Shown: one piece after another, positions 12,801-24,800 of the stretch
Position numbering within the stretch: position 1 is the stretch's first letter
Layout: every line of letters starts with the position of its first letter
Origin: Podarcis gaigeae
Lineage: Eukaryota
Reading direction: 5' to 3' (one strand)
Assembly (NCBI GenBank): GCA_964106915.2
Contig: OZ066914.1
Length of the DNA: 64,000 nucleotides
The notes under the pieces: model-generated
The model's database searches: none
Seen by the model: only the letters and a program-made list of their open reading frames with translations
What the model was told of the DNA's origin: nothing
Translations under genes and position numbers: made by a program

Positions 12801-15800
12801 CCCAAGGTCATGTGCTGCTGGCTCCACCGAAAGTCGGGAAAAGTCAGAAGGACAGGAGCCTGAGTGCTTGTGGTGATCCAGGCAGATAAGAAGAAGAGGC
12901 TGACTTTCTGCCTCTTTCCTGGGAGGAAATCCTCAGAGAAATTGCCCCCACCCAAAGATAAGCGTTCCACTGTTTAAATTCTCATCTTGCCGCCCTCTGG
13001 TGAGCTCTGGGCAGCTGGGAATCTGCAACATTTGGTGAGTCCCCTCAGAAGAGACACATCTTGCGCATTTCATCACAGATGAAGATCCAGCCCAGTTGCC
13101 CCAAATGCGCTGGCACACGCCGGCGCAGCAATCTAACAGTAACAGGCTGAAGTGCTGCCACTGGCAATGGCTTTCCCCTCTGCTCACTCTCTCGTCTCCG
13201 TCATGCTCTTCTATGTGGTTCTGAGCAGCTATCAAGACTTATGGGATCCATGTGGGAAATCATTCCTGGCACATGCATCCAGCTACAACTGGATTCCTAG
13301 GTGACAGGTTGCCCAAGAACAGGCCAATCATACTATCCATCAGGGAAGGACGGCTCTCTGAATTCAGGACCAGTGAAACAGATGCACTTGTGTATGTGTG
13401 TAAGTTGATACGTGCGCGCGCACACACAGAGCATCTGATGCACAAAGTCGCCCACCCCTCACTCCCAGATTTCCTGCTGTCCCATATCCCAGAAAATTTG
13501 CTCTACCAGCTAGATTTCCACGATGCTAATAGTGAGGTGAAACACCTTGTGCAGCAATAAATGGAGGTGACAGGACCATTCTGTGATAAGTAAGAGATGT
13601 GGTGATGCAGGGTGCTGGCACAAGAGAGAGGGTGATGTACACACCCACCCCACCCAGTTTGGCCTTTTCTCTTTTGTACTGGACATCATTGAGGTGGGAG
13701 GTATCAGAGGCATAAACTCCAGCCAGAAGAAACAAATGCTCCCAACAGCAACTGATCCAGGTGGATTTGTATTCCAGCCAAGCCAGCTTGCCCAAACAAG
13801 ACTGGCGCTGGCGGGCAGCCCATGTGCCAGGCCAGAAAGATGTATGAATAGATTAGCTATGCTGTTGGTGGATAATTCCCCCATTAAGAAAACGGAAATG
13901 CAATAAAACGGCAGTAATGGATACCTGGCTGGCATCCCCCCTGTCGGGCACATGGCAATGGGCAAGCCCTGGCTCCAGGATCACATACCCAGCAGCTTCC
14001 TACTGTGGCACGTTGGGCAAAGAGGCATCTGGGCAGGCAAAGTGCATCCCTGCTCCATAGCCAATAGCACAAGCAGCCCAAAATTTAAGGTGGCCACCTT
14101 GCCGGACATCCTGCTCAATATGAGTTGCACTAGGATGGTAGGAAAAAGGGGAAATGGCATTTGGACAAAGAGGTAAGTACCAAGCAAGAATGGTGTTGCA
14201 GCTGGAGGCTGCCAGGAGGCAAATCCCTTCTTAGCAATGGGGATTTGTTGCCTTGGCAATGAATGGGGATACAACAGCCTTGACTAGGGTGTACGGCCTA
14301 ACTGGACTCCAGCCTTCTTTACCAGCCAGGGTCCTTCTTTCTCTGCCGCTCTCCCTTCTTAACTGCATATAGGAGGAGAGGGAGAGATGTTTTGGATGGC
14401 TGTATGCTCCCCACTCCACCATGTGTGTCAGTCTGTTTCCTGCCTGCCTGGTTTGGGATGCAACAGCTCTCTGCTCTGCAGAGGTGAGAGACTGGCATCC
14501 CTGTCCTCAGGTCTAGAAAGCTCATCTCCCCTCAGGCTGCCAAGGCCGCAGGCCTCTGTAGAAACAGAGGAGGAAAGCCTTGAGCCATCTGATCAAAGAT
14601 GAAACATCCTGTTTCCAAGGATGCCCAAACAGATGTTACCAAGCAGGAAGAATGACAACCCCCGCCCCCACCCCCTTCCTTATTTCATCTGGTGCCCTTG
14701 CATCCCCGTCTCGCCCCTGCAGAGAGGGAAGCTAGTGGGGCATCCTGGCTGGAAGATCAGCGCTGGAGGGGTAGGGTGGGATGGGGTGGGGTACGTTATT
14801 ACTGGAGCAGGCAGTGATGGGGTGATGACATGCCCTAGCTATGCCTGCTGTGAATGATTCCCGTCCCCCTATTAGTTGAACCGGGGAGCCTCCCCCCCCC
14901 CTTTCGATCATCCCTGCTTGGAGGCCCCCGAGTGACGTCCAGGCCACGAGGAGCTGCGCTCCTGCCAGGTGCTGACGCGCAGTGCCGGATCATGACGCAG
15001 AGGCGCTCAGCCTCCGTGGCCACCGGGCTTGGGGATGGAGAGTAAAAAGAGCCACGACCCCCAGGATCCATCGCCTCGGGCATCTTAGGGGAAGAAGAGG
15101 CACGGCTCATTTAATCGCCCCCCATCCCGGGCATTTCTTAAAAGCCCCAGACAGCACCTTGCTCATCATCACCTCGAGCCCAGGGGCTTGGAAGGTGAGC
15201 GCAGAGGACCACCGATCTACAACCACCACCCTGGCGTGGCCAATCCCACCCCGGCAACAAGGTGGCACACATCCCGAGACCAGCGGGGAGTCCTACTCCG
15301 GGAAAGCCGGGTGGGGCTCCGCGAGGGGTGCGCCTTCTCACTTTCCCCTCCGGCGCCCACAACGCCCTGATGATGCCTGCTGGACACACCGCCTGGGCAC
15401 CCCGTTCCTCCCCTCCCCCGTCCCACGCCCGGACCCGTTACCTGGAGACGCTTCTTCACCCAGATCTTCTTCATGTCCGCCCCTCCGTCGCCCCCTGGGC
15501 GCCCTCCACCCCACCCCCCGGCGGTCAGCGCGATGCGGCGGGGCCGGGCTTGGAGCGCAGGGGCGGCCGGGGCAGAAGGAGCATCCCTCCGCGGGAAGCG
15601 GACGCCGGCCTCTCTCCGCTCCTTGCCTCGCCTGCGCTGGCAGAGCTGCCAGCCAGCCCGGAGCCTCGCCCGCCGCCCGCCCGCCCGAGACAATGACAGC
15701 GCAGGCGGGGAGGTGGGGGGGGGGCTGGGAGGAAGGAGGGGCCGGAGGGAGGGAGGGGTTGGAGGGAGGAGCTGGGGGGGAGAGAAATGAGAGGGGGTGG

Positions 15801-18800
15801 CCCCCCACCCCGCAGAAGGGCTGCCTCCCCTCTAAGCCTGGCGGGGTGGGGAGCTTACCCCTCCCAGAGCCACCCTCGACAGCGCCCATCAATCCACGGT
15901 TGCCATGGAGGGCTTGGAGGTAGGCGAGGGTTTCTGCCCATCTTGGAAGATGGCGAGGTGGCCTCGTGGGAAGGATCGAGGCAGGGACGGGCGAAAGGGC
16001 GCCGCGGTGCAAAGCCAAGGCTCAGCATCGGGACGTGGGTCCCGTCTAGTGGGCATCGGCACTGCCCCGGTGCTTCCCGGCTACATCCCAAGAGCGCCGT
16101 GAGGAAAGCCCCTTGCAGAGGGAGGCGTCTCTCGACAGGAGTTTCCCACTGTACCTAAAGAGAACCTCCACGTTCAAAGGCAGCATACCCCCAGTGAGGA
16201 AGTGGCGGGGGGGGGGGGGCGAGGGACAGGTAACAAGGAAAGGCTGTTGTCTTAATCCTGCCCTGCTTGAGAGCTTCCCACAGACATCCAGATAACCAGT
16301 GTTAAAAGCAGGATGCTGGACCAGATGCAGTTTTCCTCTGTTCTACAAGGCAGTCCTTGTTTCCTCCTGTCTTAAGTTGTGAGGTTCAACATCCCCTCTC
16401 TCCCTTCCCCATCCATGGATAAAATCTGCCAGTACACAGCGTGACATTCACATGCAAACACACTACACTGCCCACTACTCTGAGCAGGACTACGCTTCCC
16501 CATTTTGTGGGTGGGTGTAGTAAGAGTTTTGCTCTAGGTGCAGCACAGAACAACACAGAACAAGCAAAACTCCTGCTCAATTTAGGTTAAGTGGGAAAGA
16601 CCAGGAAGGTGTGTTTGTGTGCAATGCGCGTGCGTGCACGCACACACACAATACTTATGGGTAGAAGGGCTAAAGCAGGTAGCGGGCAAGGGCTGCATTC
16701 CCTTGGTGGAGGGCTCATCAGTTGGAGCCCTCATGAGCCAGAGACAAAGGTGTTTGGGATTATCTACTCCAGAATCAAGAAAACACCCTTTTCAATTTTC
16801 ACAATGGCTACCTCAAATTAAAATGCCCAGTCCTGTGCAGATTTATGCAGAAGTAAACCCCACAAGGTTTGATACATAGAACAGAAGACTACAAATTTGT
16901 TCTTTAACATCTGGAAGGGGTAAGAGAAACCTTCTTTGCTCCAAGGTATGCAACAAGGGGAGAAAGCAAGTACATTTATCAAATAAAATACTGACCCTTT
17001 AACAATCCAGGAAAGATAAGAAGGAAACGAATAGGAAGATTGCATCTGTGATGGAGTGGAAGAGTAACAGTTTCAGAAGACATGGGGTGGGGAGCACATA
17101 AAATGGGGCTGAGGGCTGTACACAGCCCCTTGCCTTTAGTTTGCCATCGTGTGGGTTAGAGGCTAACTATCAGATGGCAGCTAATATAAGGCTCCCAGCT
17201 TCACAAACAATGCCTCCTCTCACTGCCTCCTGCTCTAAATTTCCACACCTTGAATCCCCACTTTCAGTCAATTGTACTCCTCATATCCACTAAACCATTC
17301 ATTCCTAGCAATCCCTCCAAACAGAAATGGTGAACCAAACATAGCGGACCAAGATCCCACCATAGAGGGTACTGCGTGCAACCTCTTCGGGGCCCAGCAG
17401 AACCACACAGAACTCTGCCGACACTCCTGGCCCTCTTTCCAGCGATAGGCTTTACCAACACAGCCACTCAGCTTAAGCAGTGCAAAGAAGGTTAAATCAG
17501 GACACTCTAACTCCAGCATAAGATGCATAAACTTAGGGAGAAATGGGAGCACTTCAGGATTGTTACAGAAGGATCACCATGCTGACTCAGACTACTTCAT
17601 GCTGGTTCACCTTGGTCAGCATTTTGCCTTGTGCAATGACAGACTCCAGATGAGAAGTTTATAAGCTTACAAGCAGTACAGAATGGCAATACCCAACCTG
17701 TGAGCTCCCCTGAATGAGGAGATTGAATCTCTGGTTGTCATGCCTTGTGCTGAATCAGACCATTCATCAATCTAGCTTGGAATTGCTTGCATGGGCTAAC
17801 AGTCGCTCTCCAAGGTTTCTTTCCTAGCTCCACCTGGAGATGCTGAACCTGTGATCTGTCTGTGCAAGGCATGGATCACTGAGCTATGGGTCATCCCAAA
17901 GTGGTTAAACAATCAATCCTTCTTCCCATGGAAATCTGGAGATTGTGGGAGTGTGTGTGGGGGGGGGTGTGTTCCTTATCACTCAGCACTCTTAAAAGAT
18001 TATATTTCATAGGATTCTTTGTGAGGGAACCATGGATGTTTGCAGTGGTATATTAGTGCTTTTAAATGAATGGTGTAAATGTGGCCAGTGTGTCCACTCT
18101 AGCTTATCTAACAACTATCAACTCTCTTATAAGTATACTCAAGTGTCACCTTCATCTCATTCTCCCTCGGTTGTCCCTCTAGCCTACCAACCAACTTACT
18201 TTTCCCTCAAATGACTCTCTCTTTCTCTCAACATTTCAAAAACAGCAAAGATTCCTGCATCTGATAAAGTGGACAATGGTCTACAAGAAGCCTACAAAAG
18301 TTACCATAGTCTTTAAGATGCCTCAAGAATCTTTGTTGTTTGCACTATTGAAGGCAAGGTAATGTGGATAGACTGCTTCCACCCTCAAATGTATTCTTTA
18401 CACACATCTAATGTGTACCCTCAGTTACATATTTAGCATGTTGCAAGTGTGTGAAAGGCTGCTTCCAAAAATGGATCCGCTTAGATGTATTTGCTTTAAA
18501 GAGAGGCGGTGGTGATGTCATATTCTTCCTCCTCCCCATTTTATCTTCACAACAACCCTGTGAGTTAGACTTCATGGCTGAGTAGGAATTTGAACCCTGG
18601 TCTCCCTAGTCCTTGTCCAGCACTCTAACCACTATACCACACTGGGTCTCATAAGCCTGAGGGCAGGAGGTGGCCTTACTAAGACATTCTGGGAGCTTCA
18701 TATAAATAAATATTCTTGTAGATTTGCAGGACCAAAGCAGGCCATAATTAGATGTGGGGGGTTGAAATTGCATGGAGCGAGTGGCAGTCTGCATGAAACA

Positions 18801-21800
18801 ATATGCCTGCTGCACATAGTCACACAACATGGTTCCTATCATCAGTAAAAAAAATATAAAATAGTGTGAATTGGGTACTAGTAGATAAAGAAAAGGAACA
18901 TTAGTTTGAAATGGATCAAACGGTGCACACTTAAGGTGGAAATTCTACTTGAAAATATAAACAAGGCCTCACTCTGTGGGATATGAGAATCTGAGGGCTG
19001 ACTGCGTCATTTCACACAGGGGGGTAAACATATCTTCCTCGTTTCAGATACTTTTGTGCAGACAGACAGCGACAGTTTCAAGCTTTTGATAAGCTGATTG
19101 TGCAGTCCTCACAGGGAATGAAAAGGAATTTGTACTTTCCAAAAGAAAAGAAGGAATAGTTATTTCACATCAGTCCAGAGCCTGGACACATGGGATCCCT
19201 ATCTGAAGGTGTCATGTTGGCAAGATATAATAAGATAGGCCAAGATCTAGCTAAAAACATACTTTCTGAGCCTTTCTAGCACCAGAAAAAGAGAGGACAG
19301 AACTCCAGCACCTTTAATAGTTGCACTGAAGAGGGAATTTCAGCTCTGCAAACACCAAACGAGTGGAACTGCATCACAAAAAATAGAGAAAGGAGGGGCA
19401 GATTTGCATACATTTTGCATATGCTAATTTATAGAGAGAGATGCAAAGCTAGGAAAAAATACTATAATTTAAATGGATATGCATTTCTTTAAAAATATTT
19501 CATGGAAGAACGCAGGAGGCAATTTGTATAAAACGTGTATTTCTGAAGCTAGAAATGGGAATAAGCAGAGGTGGGGAAACCAATGGAGGAATAGGCTCCC
19601 CAGGGTTCAATTCATAACTGGTCCATTAACAATGGATCCACTCCGAGGTCTGAAAGTGACCCTTTTTAAAAGAGGTCATTTATGAGCTGACGAAGCCTCT
19701 AAATCCAAGTGCATTCCCAGAGGTGTCTGCTCTATTAGGGCAGATGGGGCACTGCCCCACCAACCTCAGTCTGCTCTCAGCCAGCCCCCACCTGCTTGCC
19801 TCCTTACCTACAGCCAGACCAGGGGGTGGGGGCACTGCCTGCCAGCTTCCTTCTCATTAGGCTCAAGGCATATACAGATTAGCAGCTTAAAACACAGCAG
19901 TTGGTTCCCCCTTCCCATCCTTTGCGTTCGAAGTAGCATTTTTAAATTGCTGTACACATCATGACCTGGTTTATTTCTCCATCTGCCCCCACTACTACCA
20001 GGCACCCAAATTATTATTCAATGAAGCTGTCATCTACACAATGACAGCAGATGCCCGAGCCAATTTTGGTTTATTAAAAATAAAAAGAACTGCAAAAAAC
20101 GGGGGGCACACACTCACACAAATCTAGCAAGTGGATTGATACCCAACTCAAGTTCATTCCAAACTAAAGGAAACTAGGAAATGCCGGGGCAGTAATGCTC
20201 ACCGATCTTCTAGTTAGGCTAGGTTGTAGGTGATTTTTCTTTTCCGGGAAGCTAAATTTGCAGCTGCTGCTGCTGCCTTTTAAAGATAACAGTAAATGTC
20301 TCAGAAATCTCCATGTTGGGTTGCTATTGGGCCAGTGTCTTGATGCTAGAAGCATTCTTAAGGAGCAATGGGGGTGGAAGGAGATAGCATAACATACAGT
20401 GGAATCCCTACGGACTTGTTAAAAAGAAAACATCCGCAAAACTAATCCTTTTCCCACTCATTGTTTTTTCCCAACTGTGGGCGGTTAGTATACTGGAGAA
20501 GGCGAAAGCAACGGTGCAGGCTGAAAAGCTTTTAGGGGACCATTTGCATAAGACATTTTTATATGTTCACAAGAGAAATGTGGGCTGGATGAAACTACTG
20601 TCAAGAGAATGCTCAGTGGGGCTGAAGACGCAACACTTTCAGACTAATTGGACAGGGGATAAAGCCAAATGATCAATGTTTGTCTAGACCCCATTAGTTC
20701 CTCTCTGTGCTCCTCCTTGCTCACTTCAATTCCACACAGACGTCAATATGGGCGCAGTGTCAGATCCAAGCAACCCTCATTTGCCCTGTTTTGTACTACC
20801 CAGTCTTTCACAGAGGAAGGCAGGAGCACCTACTAACACCTCTCTTCTAATAGCCCACTCCCCGTGCTCCCCCCATTACACATTGACTTGCTGGACTCAT
20901 TTACCCTGAAAACACCTTCCTGGTACTGGTTTTTGAAGCAGAGCATGAGCTTCAGAAACTGAACACAACAGTTTCCCAATTGTAAGAGTTTACTGGCTAT
21001 AAATAGTTTCTCATTTTATTTTCATTTGATCGCTTTTCTTCTTGCAGGTTATGCAACATCACAAATTCGACCAAAGAACCCCTCCCACAATAATAACCAC
21101 GATGCAGCACCAAAGGGAGCAACGTTATATAGCACACCAAAGAAAAAAAGAAAGATTCCAGTTTATCCAGTAAAGAGAAGACACAGAAAATCAGAAACTA
21201 AACCAGCCAGAAGATTTTATATGCTGTAGTACGTAACCAGAAATAGTTTTGAAAACTGAAAGAGGTTGGAATGAAATATTAAGTTTAAGAATAAGTCTGG
21301 TTGAATTTATAGAATAGCAGCAGCACATCCAGACACATTTGCTACCCAGTTGCGGAGGCTCGTGAGCAAAGAAATAAGCGCACTGGCATTTTGTGGGTTA
21401 ACGAGTACAACAAAATGGTGCAGCCTGGAGATTTTCCTGTTTGGCATTCCAGCCATTCCATTTCTCATCTCCCCAGTTTTGTTCCTCCCTCAATGCTCAG
21501 TCAGCATTCCAGCACCATTCCAGCATTCCTGGATTAGAATAGCTCAGCAACAGTTACCTGTGCTCTGGTAACCTCATATTTAGATGGTTGCAACACATTC
21601 CATGCATGGCTACCTGCAGCTAGCGTGGAAGGTGGCTGCCACTTTTGTGAGTGGTCCTGTTCAAACTGCACTGGTTTGCCAATATGCTACTGGGACCAGT
21701 TCAAGGTTTTTGTCACTCACTTACAAATCCCTGAATGACTTTGGTCCCAAACACTTAAAAACTATTAGCTGTAGCCTGCAGAGGAAGCCCTCTTCATGAT

Positions 21801-24800
21801 TCCATTACCAAGCATAGTGCATGAGGTAGTGATGTGGGGAAGGGCCTTATCTGTGGTGGCGCCCCATCAATGGCACTCCTTCCCCCTAGAGTAGGAGTGG
21901 GCAGATGCCAGACTTTCTGGAACCACTTTGGATTTTTTAATCGAACCCCAGGATCTATGGGTGCAAAAGCTGTAACAGTTAATATCAGATTATTTGGAGC
22001 CTGAGTCATTTAGGGCTTTCAACACCAACATTAGCACCTTGAAGCGGGCCTGGAAATGAACCGGCAACCAATGCAGCTGTTTTAAAACACAGCATCTGGA
22101 AGGAATCCCAGCCAGCATCTGGCTGCTGCACTGTGGACCAACTCAAGTTTCTGAGTTGTCTTCAAGGGCAGCCCCAAGTACATGGGCAGGATTCTTTGGA
22201 GAAAGTCATGTGCTTTAAATGTAGAGTGTGTATGTAGCCAGAGCTTAACCTTCAGTGACCTGAGGAGAGCTGAACCCTACAGAATGGAAAGTAGGCCAAC
22301 GTACATGGACTACATTTTTATTCTTTGGCTATGATGATGGAATTATCACCAGTCACGGCTGTTGTGAATGTGGTCACTTTGCATAACAAGCTTTACATAG
22401 ATTGTACTTTTTGTATTTTATTACCCCGCTGATTGTGCTGTTCACAAGACACCTCCCCCACCCCCCGTCTATACCCGTAGATATTTTATACAGCTGTCAA
22501 ACGTGGGCTCCGATCCATGAAGGCTGGTGCCATAATAAACCTGTTAGTCACAAACCCCTTTATTCAATTCTTAAGGGGGGGGGGGACATCCCTCAGTCTC
22601 CTGAAACAGTCAAAATAGTGACAACGATTTACCAGGGACTTGAAAACAGAGATTGCTCTTGATAAATAAGAACAGTTGGAACATTTGCTGTATATTTCAC
22701 ACATTCATGCACAGGATGCAGATATTCATTTCCTCCACCCTTCCACATTTTGGGGAACATGGTTTTTTCATCTAAAAAAGGAAGCAGCTGACATTTTCTA
22801 AGCTGACAGGAATTTTAAAAGGGCCTAATGCAGAGAGTACTAGTGTCAGGGAGAACACTCCCTTCACCAGGATTTCCTTTGATATCATCATCATGGCAAG
22901 GACCCTAGACTGGCTGTGGCCTCTCCCACCTTGTACAAAGGCCTGCACCTTGCGGAAAAAGATCCGGCCAGGGTGCTGACTATGACATCACCAGCTTTAT
23001 TTATGCCTAGGAAGCCTTGAGGGGAGAAGGGAGCAACCAAACTGCAACCTGACCCCCCTTGTTTAGCTCTCTGGGTGTCTGTCCACAAGGCTAAGTTGCT
23101 TAAGATAGGCTGTGTCATTCACAGCACAGCCTCTTCTCCTCCCTGCAGTGCCATGACCTTCAAGGGACACGGGCCTGGCCTGGCATTTTCCCAGCCGCAG
23201 TTTAACAATAACATGGAAGGGGAGCTGCGGCAAGCTCCTGACTTTATTGTTTTAACTCTTTTTAAATTGTTTGCTTTTCAGTTGTTTGTTTTATTCTATA
23301 TTTTAACTGAGGAAGCTTTAATACCCCCAATGGCTTTGCTATTGTGCATTTTAATTATGTATTGAGTTTATAGCTGTAAACCACTTAGAAGCCATTTTGG
23401 AATATAAGCAGTATATAAATCAATAAATGACATAACAACAACAATCATTAAGGGAGAATCTCTTTGAGTCCCAAGCCTCACGTGTGGCAAAGTGTCTGCA
23501 TACTTTCTATCTGCACTTAAAGACTATATATAAATAATGCCTAGTGTACATTTACCAAATGTGTACCTACAATGAACAGTGTGCCTTGAAATGTACCTCC
23601 TGCTCCAATCACAGCCTATGGTGTTAAGGTCTGAATGCCGCTTTGAAAATGCAAAAATGGTTATGTTATTATGAAAAGGTACCCAAAATTCCTCAGCATG
23701 CAGCGCATGCAGCATCCCCAGAACCACCTAGGTACTTGCTCATGCCACTTGCTTGCTGCTTCATTCATGGTTTGCGTAATGTAAAAGAAAGTGTACATAT
23801 CTGCATCTGTCAAACACTGAAGCGTAGGAGTGAGCCAGAGTCCCAGAAAGGCATAAGCTCCATGCATAACACATGTATATGCGCAAGCTGAACAAAAGGT
23901 GAAAGCCATTAGCACAGTAGAAGTACAAAAAATACCGGGAGGCACCAGATTTCGTTCAACAGACAAGCCTATAAGAAACAGCCTGCTGTCCTGCTGCTTT
24001 TACAAGAACCAGGGTGATGGAGTGTGCCAACTAATGCTCACCTCTGTGTGTGTTTTTTCTGGCAGAGCTCCTGAGCTTTTAACACAGGGGTGGGAACTTG
24101 AAGCCCTCCAGCTGTTGTTGGGACTCCCCATCCCTGCTTTAGCAGCTGCAGGTAGGTGAAAATTCAGCTAGTAAAAGCTCAGCCCATTCAGGTAAAAACT
24201 TTTACGTGCTGGTTTACTGGCTGTCATGCAGCAGTTAAAAAATCACAAGGGGTGGGGAAATTGGACAGCCCTGATACCAGCATGTATCATTTACTAATGA
24301 TCCCCAGCCACAAACACCTGCACAAGAGGCAACCTTAAAATGAACCATAATTTTAATGTGAATGAACAGCATGCTGGTACATGATGCTCGGAAGTTCCCA
24401 TGGCACTATTCTCCCACTCCAGCTGCTGCCACACCATGAATGAAACAAGTCACAATATGGCTCATCACATCATCCAAACCTGGGCTCATGGTTTGTTTCT
24501 CCCAAACAAACAACTGTCAGTAAGTGAAGAACAAACCTTGGTTACCACCTATAGTTTGTTTGGAGAGAAACAAACCATGAGCCTGGGTTCAGATAACACA
24601 AAAAAGCAGACTCTGGCCTGTTTCATTCATGGCTTTGCAGCAGTAACAGCAGGGAAGGAGCTCTGTGGGAGCTTCTGAACAGTATGCACCATCATGCTCC
24701 TTATTCCCATAGAACCATAGTTTGTTTTAGACTATGGTTTAATATAATATGCAAACCAGTCACAAAACACTAGAACCAGAAGATTAGCCACAGTGCACAT

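Noticed and set aside
14982-16158. Long overlapping ORFs (313, 226 and 158 aa) in the CpG island
   Set aside because: Explained by stop-codon depletion in GC-rich DNA; only the 11-codon [11 protein letters not shown] segment has splice support
20060-20069. Isolated CArG boxes (CCAATTTTGG at 20060; CCTAAATTGG at 54040-54049)
   Set aside because: Several are expected by chance in 64 kb, and no supporting motifs are nearby
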